A stretch of 64,000 nt of DNA from Camelus dromedarius (lineage: Eukaryota). The notes under the pieces are model-generated. The model was not told where the DNA came from and did not search any database. It saw only the letters and a program-made list of their open reading frames with translations. This document shows, piece by piece, positions 1-12,642 of this stretch; position 1 is the first letter of the stretch, and each line of letters opens with the position of its first letter. Both the position numbers and the translations under genes were made by a program. Location: positions 47,494,001 to 47,558,000 of the forward strand of contig NC_087437.1 in the NCBI RefSeq assembly GCF_036321535.1. Reading direction: 5' to 3'.

Positions 1-447
1 TTCACTTGAACACTTAGCGGTCACTGTAGGATTATTAATTGACCTAATTTCAACGTTACTGTGTCTCAGCGAATAGGCAGGCCTGACGAGAGGGAGAGAG
101 ACTAGGGAACAGCCAGTCCATGGAACAGTCAGAACACATACAACGTTTATCCATTAAGTTTGCTGTCTTATATGTGTGTGATTCATGGTACCCTAAAACA
201 ATTGCAATAATAACATTAAAGATCATGGACCATCAATCACCACCACAAATATAATAATAATAAAGTTTGAAATCTTGCAAGAATTGCCAAAATGTGACAA
301 AGAGACATGGAGTGAGCAAATGCTGTTAGAAAAATTGCACCAAGAGACTTACTTGACACACAGTTGCCACAAACCTTCTATTTATCAGGGGGAAAAAAAA
401 AAAAAAAAAGCAATGTCTGCAAAGCGTGATAAAATGAGGTATGCCTA
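1..447 (-). mobile_element. Tigger1 (TcMar-Tigger) DNA transposon, 5' terminal part, cut by the window edge
   Basis: Ends in ATAAAATGAGGTATGCCT, the reverse complement of the recalled Tigger1 TIR CAGGCATACCTC; 210-447 is clearly homologous to 5560-5799. Confidence 0.8.
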
Positions 448-557
448 TGCTAAGGAGAAATATGAGGTGGAGGAGGAGAAGCAGAAAAGGGAAAAAATGA
501 GAATAAAGAGGAGAAGAAAATAGAGAAGGTGAAGCAGATGGAGAAGAAAAGACAGGC

Positions 558-700
558 AACACTGTGCCAGGCACCATTCTAAGCAATTTATCTCATTAAA
601 TCTGTATAACAACCCCAGGTAGGTACCATTAATATGCCCATTTTACAAAAGAGGCTCTTAGCATTTGAAAAACATACTCGAAATAACAGACAGCAGGAAT
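558..700 (-). mobile_element. MIR SINE fragment
   Basis: ACTGTGCCAGGCACCATTCTAAGC...CCCATTTTACA resembles the reverse MIR 3' end and core; boundaries approximate. Confidence 0.6.
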
Positions 701-3700
701 GGAGTCTACAATGATTCTACTGACCTTCAGCTTCGTCTGAAAACTACTGTCAGACTAATGCAACACTCAATCCACTTGTTATACAAACAATATGTAAGTT
801 TTCTTAGCACAGTCTTATAACTTCTTGGCTTGTCTATCATACAGTTTTGGGAACAGAAGAATTCAAATTCAAGTAAAACAGTGTAGAATAACCACTGAGT
901 ATGTCTTACTTACAACATATTAGAAATCTTTGTCAAAGATGGTATGGATTAAGGAACTTGATTACTGATGATAGTTGATGAAATTGTGAACAAAAGAACA
1001 AACACCTCTAAAATATATTCATATATCTCTTCCTCTTCAGGGATATTTAATCTTCTCCTTTCACTTTACTTTTCTTGATTCCTGTAGCAGACCTTAGCCT
1101 TTGTTTTCCTCCTCTTCCCTGACCTCACTCCCAGAACCTGTATCCCCTTCCATCTCTTTGACTTTTTTTCAACTATCCTGAATCCAAAAAAAATGAAACT
1201 CAAGGGAATTAGAGACAATGCAGTGAGGGAAAAAAACAAAACTTAAACAAATAAAGATTACTAATGTCCTGTGAAATGACAGAAGACAGGGCATCTATGA
1301 AACAAGAACAGAATACTAAAAAAAGAACATACAGTATCACTTACATTCTTTTTCCTTCATTAGAAGCATGTCATTAAGCCCAGTCTATACTCAAAGGAAA
1401 GGTTATTAGGCTCTACTTTATGATGAAAGTATCAAAGAATTTGTGGAAATACTTTGAACCAACACACAAGAAGGAAAAAATAGCTCTAGGAAATTATAAA
1501 TAGAGTCAAAGCAAGACCATCAAAATAAAAATTTAACATGCACATTAAAAAGTCAACTTGAAAAAAGTTGACAAAAAAGTCAGAGACGGCGCTTGGAAAC
1601 TTATAATTTAAAAATTCCACTCTGGAATCTTTTAGGATCTCCTCTTTATTTCTGGTGTTACCATGTTTTAGTTGGGGTCATTTTTTATACTTTGTGCTAG
1701 GCAGTAGGGAAACTCTTTTATGAAGTTAGGGATTTGTGTCCTTCAATTCTGGAAAAAAAATTTATTTAATTATTCCCTCTTTCCTTTGTTCCTTCTTCCT
1801 GATATTCCAATTAGTTGGGAATTTGAGAATCTGGATTAAAGGTCTATTTTTTCTTACAGTAACCAAGCACCACCTATCTGGTAATCAAATTTAATTCATT
1901 TGCATGGGGACTAAAAATCTTTATATCTACTAAGTTCCCCAGGTATTTTTAAAGATTAGTCAAGTTCGGAAACCATCTTAAACCAGTGAGGTTTAAGAGT
2001 TCTGAGGAGAGTGAGATAAATATTATCATACTGAAGTATTGCTTTTCACTAAAATTGTTGGACATATTTTTCCAATATTGTGCTATACATAAATCCATTG
2101 TTTTTTGTGGGTGGTAGAATTAACCTCATTTTATAGAATCATGGCGGAAAGTGGAAAAAAGAATTTCTAAAGTACACCTTAAGCTAAATTTTAGTTCCAT
2201 GTAACATTCTTCTCAAATTTATACACAAGAACTGGTAACCTGTTTTCTAATAGCATTAAAGAAAGAATAAAAGGAAATGACTTAAACTACAGTAAAATAG
2301 CCTTAGGGTAAGGAAGTTTCCTGACATTGAGATTTGTTAAACACTAACATGGGTTTCCAGGGATGTTATGTAATATTCACCTTGAAGAGTTTTTAGAAAA
2401 TGTTTCCCATCTGTCTGAGTTTAGAGAATAAGCCTGAAGGAAAGAAGATGGTTGGAAGGACTGAATAAATCTGTTTACTAAGTTCTTGTTGAACCTACTG
2501 CTAAGTGTCTGGCACTATACGAGGTGCTGGGGGGTATTTTAAGACAGCATTTTTCAAATTTATTTGATCATAGACTACTTCTCAAATAAAAAGTATCTCC
2601 ATCAAGAGGAACTTCTAACATAACAATGCTTTTTTGCATAAAAAGAAAATAGAAAAAAAGTCTCACAAATTAATGGCTGCATAAAAATAAAAAATAATAT
2701 TTATGAACAAACTTTATCAAGCTTAATAAAACAGCTTTCATTTCATATTCTTGTTATAAAATGATACACATTTACAAGTTACATTTTTACACATTTACAT
2801 AAAATAATCAACTATACTTTTTCAGAACTTGCAGTTCATCAAAGGGGTCAGTACAAGGCAAATATACAAATCTTTTCTATAATCAATTAGAAATGTAATG
2901 CGGGAATTGGAGTAGGGGGTCTATACCCTAGAGCAATCAAAAAGATAAAATATCTATCAATATGATTATAGGAAACATACAAGCTTTATAAGAAGAACCT
3001 GTTAGTAATTTACTGAAATATATTAAAGAACACTTGGATAAACAGAGAATCTTCAAAATCAAGATTAGGTATCGTAGAAATATCAGTTCCTCTCAAATTA
3101 ATCTATAGATTCAATGAAATTCTATATAAATTCCCATGTATGGAGGAGTATGTATAACATGGGAAACTGATTATAAGTTCATCAAGAAGAATAAATACAT
3201 TAAAATAGACAGAAATGGATAGCACATTGACAGAAGTTTAATTCCTCTTTTTCCAAAGTCCCACCTAAAAATGACATTAAATGGATTCTTGAAAAAGAAC
3301 AAACTCATGGGGGAAGGAGGACAACGGGATACTAGCTGGCAAATGACATCAGCAAATTTTTGGAAAATGGAGAATAGAGAGATGATAACAGAAAAGGAGA
3401 AGTTGCTGTAAGTTAAGATGCTTATCAAAGAGAAAGATGTTGATTTACCTCACTGAACCCCTGACAGTCTCCAAACATGGATGAATCAGATCCTCAATGA
3501 AAGTCTCATCGATGAGAGGCAGGGATGAAAACAGAGAAATTGGCGAGACGTTTGTGTGCAAAATGACTGGAATGACAGGTCTTCTCCTCAGTTCAGCACA
3601 GCCAAATCACTATCCTCTCTGAAGAAACTGAAATCAGAAAGTCTCTCTGCTTAAACCAAACAGGCACAGCAGAGTAGAAGTAATTGTAAAAACCTGAATC

Positions 3701-4318
3701 TTGTGTAGTGAGAAACCAGAATCCTTCCTTCATCCTAGGAATTCCAAGGATCAGTCACATACCTCACAAGCAGAAGACTAGAGGATCCTTTTTTAAAAAG
3801 AAATTAAATGGCTCTGGAACAATTACTTAGTAATATCTAGTACTAATGTCTAGGGATTCTAACCGCTGAATCATCTTACTGTGAGGCCTGCCACTCAGCT
3901 TTTTTAGCACCTCATTCTAAAATATAAATGGATAGTCTGGGTCACCAAACATTTGAGGAAATGCATAATACATGCAGAGAATACAATATTCTCTAATACA
4001 TAATACTGAAACAAACAAACAAAACAGAGGTGAGGAGTAACTGAGGGGGAAGGACCCCCAATGTAGATGCAAGAAAATACATAAAAGAAAACATCCAGGC
4101 ATATTGTTATGCTCACTAGTGGGTAAAGGGACAATATCACATATATAACATGGCTTCTGTGTTGGTGTTGTGAAATTAGATGCCATATATTAGAACAGGA
4201 TAGGTTGGGTTTTTTTCTTTAAGCAACAATCAGAGAACAAGAAATAGCTCTGGAAAATTTAAAACATTATCATAAAAACTAAAAACTCAATAGAGGGATC
4301 AGATCAACATTCCAGATG

Positions 4319-4500
4319 AGGAGGGAGAATATAGCTCAGTGGTAGAGTGCATACTTAGCATGCACAAGGTCCTGGGTTCAATCTCCAGTACATTCATTAA
4401 AAAAAAAAAAAAAGAAGTTAAATAAATAACCTTATTACCGACCTCTGCAAAAAAAAAAAAACAAAACAAACAAACAAAAAAAACCACTGAAATAAATACT
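4319..4500 (+). mobile_element. tRNA-derived SINE (Vic-1-like, camelid type), long-tail form
   Basis: A box TAGCTCAGTGG, B box GGTTCAATC, A-rich tail, TSD TTCCAGATG at 4310-4318 and 4501-4509. Confidence 0.85.
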
Positions 4501-4844
4501 TTCCAGATGGTACAGCAAAGAGAAGATTAAACTGACAGACTATAGTGCAGATAATATTAACAAAAATAGAACGTCAGTTTTTACTCATCACTTAGCAAAA
4601 GTTAAAAATTCTGACGTGATCAATTGTTACAAAAGATAAGGGGAAATTCACAACTGGTAGGATGGTAAGTTGGTATAGCAACTGGGGAAAGCATTTAGCA
4701 ATTCAGCAAAATTGAAAATGTGTGCACAGTACTACCTAGACATTTGCATTCATACATGAGCCATAGAAGGATATCCAAAGCATTATTGCTTGTAATATGG
4801 AAAAATTGAAAATAACCTGACTATTGATTGGCATATCACTAAAA

Positions 4845-5180
4845 TCCATTGGTTCATTCAATACATATTTATTGAGTAGCTACTCTGAGCTAAGCACTAC
4901 TCTGAAAACTGGAGACATACATAGCAGTGAATAATACAAATAAAAATCCTTGCCTTCATGTAATTTACATTCTTGTAGAAGGAGACATATAATAAACAAA
5001 GGAGCAGGTAATATGTTAGATGGTAATGAGCTATGGAGAAAAACAAAATTGGGAAGGGATAATAGGAGCCCTGGTTGAGAGAGTGTGTGTAATTTTTAAA
5101 AGGCTGGTCAGGGAAATGCACCTTGACATTTAAATGAAAAGAAGTGAGCAAGCTAGCCAAGAGAATATAGGAGTTGGGAG
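4845..5180 (-). mobile_element. L2 LINE 3' end
   Basis: TTCATTCAATACATATTTATTGAGTAGCTAC... matches the reverse L2 3' terminus; boundaries approximate. Confidence 0.6.
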
Positions 5181-5213
5181 TGGAGATTATCCTTAGGTTC
5201 TCTAAAATATGCA

Positions 5214-5799
5214 CAGGAATACCTTGGAGATACTGCAGGTTCAGTTCCAGACCACCTCAATAAAGTAAATATCACAATAAAGCAAGTCAAACAAATTTTT
5301 TGGTTTCCCAGTGCATACAGAAGATATGTTCTTACTACACTTGTCTATTAAATGTGCAATAGCATTATGTCAAGAAAATGCACATACTCATGTATAATTG
5401 AAAAATTGTGCTCTACACTGGAATTTGACACAACATTGTAATATGACTATAACTCAATAAAAAAATGTTAAAAAAAAGAAAACGCATATGCCTTAATTTT
5501 AAAATGTTTTACTGCTGAAAATGCTAACCATCATCTGAGCCTTCAGCGGGTCACTGTAGTAACATCAAAGATCACAGATCACAGATCATGAGAACAAATA
5601 TAGTAATAGTGAAAAAGTTTGAAATATCATGAGAATTACCAAAATGTGACATAGAGACATGAAGTAAGCAAATGCTATTGTAAAATATGGCACCATATAG
5701 ACCTGTTTGACTCAGGATTGCCACCAACCTTCAATTTGTAAAAAATGCAATATTTGCAAAGTATAATAAACTGAAGCACAATAAAACAAGGTATGCCTG
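5214..5799 (-). mobile_element. Internally deleted Tigger1 derivative (Tigger1a-like MITE) with both TIRs
   Basis: Starts CAGGAATACCTTG and ends CAAGGTATGCCTG followed by TA; about 490 bp once the nested L1 tip is removed. Confidence 0.8.
5388..5476 (+). mobile_element. Very short 5'-truncated L1 3' tip nested in Tigger1
   Basis: ACAACATTGTAATATGACTATAACTCAATAAAAAA plus A tail, flanked by the imperfect duplication AAGAAAATGCACATAC / AAGAAAACGCATATGC. Confidence 0.7.
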
Positions 5800-5849
5800 T
5801 ATAACTGTTGAAGGCAAAAATTACAGAATTGTCTGATGGGGTTTCCATA

Positions 5850-6915
5850 TATATAAATACAATACATATACCAAGTATAAAATAAAAGTCAGTGAGTAGG
5901 GGAGAGAGGAACCTAAATGGTTGCAAGGTGTCTTTCCACATTTTACTTGAAATTATATAATATTCACACTCAGCAGACCATGAAAGTTTACGTGTATATA
6001 TTGTAAGCCCTAGAGCAACTATTTTAAAAAATACAAATAGATCCAAAAGACAATATATAAATTAAAATGTAATATTAAAAATATTCAAATATTCTAAAAG
6101 AAGGCAGAAAAGTAGGAACAGAAAAACCATGGGGAACAAACAGAAAATAAATAATAAAATAGTAGGCCCAAATGCAACAATATCAATAATTACATTAAAT
6201 GTAAATCATCTAAACACAGCTATTAAGAAAAAGATTGCAGATTGACTTAAAAAAAGAGAGACCTATGTATTGTCTACAAGTACCCATTTTAAATAAAACA
6301 ATACAGATAAATAAAAGATAGGAAAATATATATCATGCAAATATTAGTCAAAGAAAGGTAGAATGCCTACATAATATCAGAAAAAACAGATTTCAGGACA
6401 CAGATATTACAAGGGACAAAGAGAGATAGTACATAACAATAAAAAGAGTCAATTCATCAAAAACAGAATTCTAAGTGCATGTACACCTAACAATACAGCG
6501 TCAAAACATATAAAGCAAAAATATACAGAAGAGAAAAAAAAATAGACAAATTCACAATTATAGTTGGAGACATCAATGCTCCTCTCCCAGAAACCAACAA
6601 AATTACTAGAGAAAATCAGTAAGGATATACAAGACCTTTTTTTTTTTTTTTTAATGGTTCTGGGGATTGATTTCAGGACCTCACACATATCAAGTATGTG
6701 CTCTAGCACTGAGCTATACCCAAACCCCAGAAGACCTAAAATTATCAACCAACTTGATATAATTGATATAGAACATTCTACTCAGCAACACACATGAAAT
6801 ATTCCCTTACAGGTGTACATAGGACATTCACCAAGATATTCTGGGGCAAAACAAACCTTAACAAATGGAAAAGAAATGAAATCTTAAAAGTATGTTTTCT
6901 GACCATAACCAAATT
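5850..6915 (+). mobile_element. Old degenerate L1 (inter-ORF region and ORF2 endonuclease region)
   Basis: A-rich; TCAATAATTACATTAAATGTAAAT, GTACACCTAACAATACAGC and ACAATTATAGTTGGAGAC are L1 ORF2 5' motifs; frame broken. Confidence 0.7.
6638..6730 (-). mobile_element. tRNA-derived SINE (Vic-1-like), short form, inserted in L1
   Basis: Poly-T followed by a reverse tRNA head ending CACTGAGCTATACCC; TSD AAGACCT at 6631-6637 and 6731-6737. Confidence 0.8.
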
Positions 6916-7162
6916 AACGTGTTACACGACGGCTCACTTGTGTTATCACTCGGTGTTTTTACTGTTTGACTTGGCAATTTTATACATCCAAAGTATATTT
7001 CTTTGTAAGCAAGTTGACTCCTGTTTCCAAATGACTTCAAAGTTTAGTAGTAACTTAAGTGTTAGAGAATGTTTTGACTGTCAGATTTGTGTATCAGTTA
7101 CCTTTATTTTCAATGGAAATGAAACCAAAAGGCAAGTAACTTTTATTATCATTCCAATGTGT

Positions 7163-7224
7163 TAGAATAGAATGATAGAACAGAATAGAATAGAATAATA
7201 GAATAGAATAGTAATAGAATAGAA
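7163..7224. repeat. Imperfect (AATAG)n pentanucleotide microsatellite
   Basis: Direct reading: TAGAATAGAATGATAGAACAGAATAGAATAGAATAATAGAATAG... Confidence 0.9.
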
Positions 7225-8620
7225 TGTCTTGGACATTTCACCTCCTGACTTCAGAAAATAATTCTTTAATTCTGAAGTGTTCCATTTTTATTTGATTAAC
7301 AGTCTAAGAATCACTATTTCAGTTTTTCCTTTAAAACATTCTTTTTTCAGTTGCAGGAACTTGAGCAATGGGTTTTGTCATATAGATGTCTTAACATACA
7401 CTAAATACTGAATAATAGTGCAAACACCTTTGGAAGCAAGATAAAACATATAATAGATCAATAGTCACCAAATAAACCAAATACATCAACTGTGAATTGG
7501 GCAGTAAATGCTAACCCTGCACCACTGAACAATCATACATTCACTTACGATTGGGTGTAGGCTTGTGGTATTTGAGCAAAAACTGGTTATTGGTGAGCTT
7601 TTTGCTCTGGATGACAAGTTGTAACATCTCTAGGGTGGGTCACCTCCAAGCCCTTTACTCTCTAAAAATCCAAGTGAAAGCCCTAGTTTTAGGACTTGTA
7701 TGGCAAACTTCTAAGAATCATTGTTTCTACGCCTTTCCACTACAATGAAGGACCACTAGGGGGAGAAACACGCAGAAAATCCGACTCTTACCAGTAGTGA
7801 TCCCCAAAGGCAACAAGATCCCATTACTCTCAAGCAAAAACAGGCTTCTATGGTACGCAGTACCAAGCACCACTTTGAATCTAATTTGCAGCCAAAATGG
7901 CTTTTTTGAAGTCTCTGTGGCAAAGACGCGAAAAAAGTACGTATTCTGAATAGTCAGAATTGAATCCTACAAGCTGATTCAAATCTGAAAAAAAGGACAT
8001 TGCAAAACGTCTCCCCGAGTGAGTCAAAGGATTGCAGAGGGCTGTGGCAGTGTATTCCTCTTTCGGGATGGGCTACAACTTAACACTTACGTTGGCAGGA
8101 CGCGCAACAAAGTTTCGTAAAATGCCTTCTTTCTAGTACCGATATCCACTTCTGGTTAGCCGCTGACAGCCGCGGTTAGCCACCGCGCCCCCTTCTCTCT
8201 CCCCACGAGAGGAAATCTCATTTCCTTAATGGGCGCAAAAGTGAATGGACTCACTTGTTCCCAATACTCCTTTCTGTATCTCTACTCTAGCCCGCCTGCT
8301 GCTTGTAGAAACAGATATACTACACATATGCAGCCCTACGATGACACACAGCCTCACCACTGCAAAAGACAACAGTATTAAACACACGCCCAGCAGGAAA
8401 ACACCCCAACGCCACCAGAACTTCGGGCAGAAAAGTTAAGCGCAGGCGCAATGGCACACTGTAACCCGATTTGCCCACTTCCCCCTCCTGGTCTCTGGAA
8501 TTTCACTTCCCCTCCTTTATGCATCTGCTTCCGGAGCATAGTAGGCTCGGCCCCTCCTCAGCTCTTACCCTCCTCTGCCCGAGGAGGGGGGAGTCGAGGG
8601 GGTGGGGAAGAGTTCGTTGT

Positions 8621-8628
8621 TTGTTTAC
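8621..8628 (+). promoter_or_regulatory. Forkhead/FOXO consensus site TTGTTTAC
   Basis: Exact FOXO DBE consensus about 150 bp upstream of exon 1; binding is not shown by sequence alone. Confidence 0.6.
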
Positions 8629-8770
8629 ACGATGTGAGCGGAAAAAGAGACCAATAAAGTTTATTCTGGAAACAAAAGGAAAAAAAAAAAACAAGGGTGA
8701 CAGAGAAAGGAGACGGGGGCGGGGGCGTGTGGCGGGGGCTAGCGAGGAGAGCAGCTAGGAGGAGAAAGCG

Positions 8771-9013
8771 GCAGTTCCGGTGCCGCCGCTGCGGCCGCTG
8801 AGGTCTCGGGCTGCTGTCGCCGCGGCCACTGGGGCTGGGGCCGCCGGCGAGGCAGGGCTCGGGCCCGGCCGGGCAACTCCGGAGCGGCGGGGGAGAGGGG
8901 CCGGGAGGCGGGGGCCGTGCCGCCCGCTCTCCTCTCCCTCGGCGCCGCCGCCGCCGCCCGCGGGGCTGGGACCCGATGCAGTTAGAGCCGCGGAGCCTGG
9001 AGGAGCCCCGAGC
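8771..9013 (+). other. PIK3CA: PIK3CA non-coding exon 1 (5' UTR); start approximate
   Basis: Closely matches the recalled human PIK3CA mRNA leader (GCAGTTCCGGTGCCG...GAGCCCCGAGC); followed by donor GTGAGT at 9014. Confidence 0.88.
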
Positions 9014-10549
9014 GTGAGTAGAGCGCAGACTGGCCGGGAGCGGGAGCGGGAGCGGGCGCGGTCGGGATGGGGCCGGGTGGGTGCCGGGGACTCTCGGGCG
9101 CGTCCGCCGTCTCGGGCGGGGGCTGCCCGCCGGTCGTCTCTCGCGGCATCGGCCCGCAGCGGAGTTCGCCTGCGATCGCCGCTCCCTCTCCCTCGCCTGC
9201 TGCTGGCCTCACCCAGATGCAGAGGCGAAGGCTCGCCGCTCCCTCTTTTCTCCCTCTGGCCGCCGCCTTGCTCCTGGTTTCCTTCCTCTCCCATTTTTGG
9301 GGATGGGGCGGCTGGAGAGTGAGGAAGTGCGCCCAGGGCCGCCGCCCCGGCGGCTCAGTGGCTCGGTCCCCCGCGCCCTTGCACACCCACCCGGCCCGCG
9401 ATCTCCGCGGCGTCAGGGATCCCGGCGCCGAGCCGCGAGCAGTTCCTGAGGGGCTGTCACGCCCAAGGACTCCAGCCCCACCAGCCCGGCGACCCTGCGC
9501 TTGCTGGGTTTAAATCTCCCGGCTGGGGCATGGAAGGAAAACCGCTCCCCTCACCCCGCAGTTCTCCTCCTACCCTTACACTCGAAGTTGTTTTTTTCCT
9601 TTTAACCGAGAGACAGTCAAACGTATTGGATCTTTCATTCATAGACCTGAGAGATTGTCTCGTGATTTGTGTCTTTAGTAAGTCTATTATGTGATACCTG
9701 CTTCATAGCTCCCAAGTGGTTCAGAAAGGTAGGGTAGCGCCCAGAATTGTTCTATGTAAACACCAGACGTTCGGCCACTGTATTTTGACCGCGGCTTGAG
9801 GGGTTTATTTTAGGATGCTAAAGGAATAGTGGCGATGGTGGCTAGTTACCAGACTTGGGAATCGAAAGCTGTTTTCTTAGATGTCAGTAACTGGGGACCT
9901 GTTTACGTAGTTATGTAAAGGGTAAGGGGAGCGGAACAAGAGGGGCCTTTGTAAAAACAGCGTGCATATTTTTTAATGAAGTAGAGTTGTGATTTCGTTT
10001 GATGAAGCTTCCTCATTCCAGCACTGCGCCTTTGTGCACATGCAGGACATGGGTTTGCGAGATGGTATTTTGAATCGTACTTTGTGAGGCCTGGAGGAAC
10101 CCCTAGAAAACTTGGGTAGGGTAAACTCCTGGTAGCTCAAGTCGTCGAGTAATTATTACGGCCACATTTCACTGTGGGCAGTATTGGTCGCGTGTTTTCC
10201 TGCTTAGAAACTAGGTTTTCTGGGTATTTGCTTACATTGCTCCGTAGAAAATTTGTTTATGTGCTGGATTGCGTGTAGTTAAGGAAAGACCTGGAAAATA
10301 TTTAAGATACCATGTTGCTGATTTGTATAAATCGGAACACCGTCTTTATTAATGGACTTTAGAAGCAACTGCAGTGTTAATTTGTTAATATGTCTGTGTA
10401 TTCAAGTTTTAACATTTTTTAACTGAAGCATTGAATTCTGGTTGACAGCATAGATCTCTATCTAAACATCACATGTTCTGGAAAATTTTAATTATCAGAT
10501 TAACTGTTCTGCAGTGTCATCAGCCAAAATTATCTGTAGAGGGCCCAGT

Positions 10550-10551
<2 letters not shown>

Positions 10552-10623
<72 letters not shown>
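10552..10623. repeat. Perfect (GT)~36 microsatellite
   Basis: Direct reading. Confidence 0.98.
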
Positions 10624-10624
<1 letters not shown>

Positions 10625-11534
10625 TGTATTGGTGTTTTGTTTTTTAGTTTTCTCATTTCATGTTTTTGGATAAAATTAAAATTTCATCCATAACTTTTTT
10701 CAAAATTATCGTGTGCATTCTTCATCGTTATAAAATAGAGTGCTTTCCTATTAAAATCACAAAATAGGTGGTTGAAAGAAATGATGGCACATCATAATGG
10801 TAATAGCATCATGGGGAAAGTTATAAGAAAGTGAATAAATATTAACTTAATATTTTATCATTGACTATAAATATAAAGTTTGAAAGGCATTCTTACCAGT
10901 TTTAGTTTAAGAATTTAAAATGAACCACATTTAAATGCACAACAGTGTTTTTATATGTCTAAAGGTTTCTTTTTAAACTTTAAGTAAATTGGGTATAGCA
11001 TTAAAGAAATGTCACTAAATACAAATACTGTTCTTAAATAAAAAAAATTGCTACATAAAAGTATATATTCTCACAGAGCTAGATATTTGTAAAAGGGGGA
11101 CTGTAAAGGAGTAGTGGCTTTGCCTGGCTCTGCATGGAACAGCCCTTGTCAAGGCAGAGCTTCCTTCCTGTCAGGATAAGATCCTCTCCATCCCAAATAA
11201 GTATTCCCTTAAAAAAAAAAAAACAACTAAATTTATAAATAAAGTACTTACATAGTAAAGTAGGTCATAATAACTTTTCCTAAAACAGTTTACTTTGTGT
11301 ATACCTTTCCTTATTAGTGCCCTTTACTGGATAAAGAATTTTTAACATTTAACATTTGCTATTACTATTTAAAGGACATTTACTCTGTTGATCTGTTTAC
11401 TTGAAAGGGGCTAACTTAATCCTGTTTGATCTCTTTAGCAACTAGAATAGTATTAAAAGAATCAGTTCTCTTTTATTATTTTAATATCTTGAATATCAAG
11501 GCAGGAGTGATTCTTTAAATGAAATAGGTTTCTT

Positions 11535-11626
11535 TTTGTTTTAAATTGAAGTATAGTCAGTTACAATGTGTCAATTTCTGGTCTACAGCACAATGTCCCA
11601 GCCATGCATATACATACATATATTCG
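11535..11626 (-). mobile_element. Short L1 3' tip
   Basis: T-tract plus AATTGAAGTATAGTCAGTTACAATG; 20-nt TSD TTAAATGAAATAGGTTTCTT (11515-11534) / TTAAATGAATTATGTTTCTT (11627-11646). Confidence 0.8.
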
Positions 11627-12060
11627 TTAAATGAATTATGTTTCTTAAGCACCTTAAAGATTTCGTCTCTGGTGAAAATATTTATGATCTTAAAAAAATT
11701 GTGCAACTTTAAGAGCATAAGTTTTGGAAAATCATTGCTTATATTTTATTTGCACAGTTATTGAGCTGTTTTATTAAGAATACTTATCTTGAGCTACACA
11801 ACAATCCTGTAGAGAAGGCAGTATTACTGTCTCTGAGAAATGACGTTTTTATCTAAGGTCAGACAGGTGTCAGGTGATAGACCATTGACAAAACTAATGT
11901 TTTGTGACTCCTTTCATTATCTCATACTATCTCTAACTTGCTCCAGCCTGCTTTTCAATAGATAAAGAAACTAGGGCCCAGAGATATATTTAATTACTTA
12001 AGATCACCTTTTCCCTTATTCTTAGTAATTGTGTGTGTTTAATTCCCCCTGTAGCTTAAA

Positions 12061-12225
12061 CAGTGGTTTTCAATCCTGGCTTCGTGTTAGAAGCATCTAA
12101 TTAGCAGTGCCAGGGTCTCATTCCTAGAGATTCTGATTTAATTGGTCTGAGATGGTGCCTGGACATCTGTTTGTTTGTTTGAAGTTCCCCAGGTAATTCT
12201 AACAGACAAGATTGTAAACCCTTGC
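12061..12225. mobile_element. MER5-like hAT-Charlie MITE
   Basis: Starts CAGTGGTTTTCAA; internal AGAGATTCTGATTTAATTGGTCTG and CCCCAGGTAATTCTAA. Confidence 0.7.
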
Positions 12226-12329
12226 TTTTGAAGACCTATATGATTTGTTTCTTTCTTCCCTCTCTGAATTTCTCTCTCCTCCCTCCTCCTACAGCTCCCT
12301 TGGCCTTTCCCTACTTCACGTGCAAATGC

Positions 12330-12642
12330 TGTTTGCTTTTCCTGAAACATTTGCACACTCTATACCCCTTCCTTAACTGGCTAACTCTTACTCATCTTTC
12401 ATGTCACCTCCTTTGAAAAGTCTAGTCTGGGTTAGGTGTCCTTGCTTCCTGTTCCCATAGCATCTTGTACTCTCACTGTCATAGCATTGACTCATGCATT
12501 GGTAATTGCCTATTTATTTGTCTGTATCCTCCACCAATATGTAAATTTTATGAGGATAAGGACTGTCTTATTCAGTTGTATTCTCATTGCCAAGCATAGT
12601 AGCTAGTTCATAATAGGCACTTATTGACTGAATAAATAAATA
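12330..12642 (+). mobile_element. L2 LINE 3' end
   Basis: TGTAAATTTTATGAGGATAAGGACTGTCTTATTC...ATAATAGGCACTTATTGACTGAATAAAT; boundaries approximate. Confidence 0.6.

Larger units (their letters stand above)
8100..9520. promoter_or_regulatory. PIK3CA: CpG-island promoter of PIK3CA
   Basis: Sharp GC/CpG-rich block in AT-rich DNA; GC boxes GGGGCGGGGGCG at ~8716-8727, CCAAT at 8651-8655, ETS-like CTTCCGG at ~8528-8534. Confidence 0.92.

Noticed and set aside
275..586. Lys/Glu-rich and Phe-rich ORFs
   Set aside because: Derived from the Tigger1 end, a poly-A run and a purine-rich low-complexity tract
7495..7600. Weak tRNA/ancient-SINE-like motif TGCTAACCCTGCACCACTGAAC
   Set aside because: Too short and diverged, no TSD; cannot be assigned without an HMM search
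8755..9513. Overlapping 120-180 aa ORFs on both strands
   Set aside because: Stop-poor GC-rich CpG island giving low-complexity Arg/Gly/Pro/Ala translations; several run through the exon 1 donor
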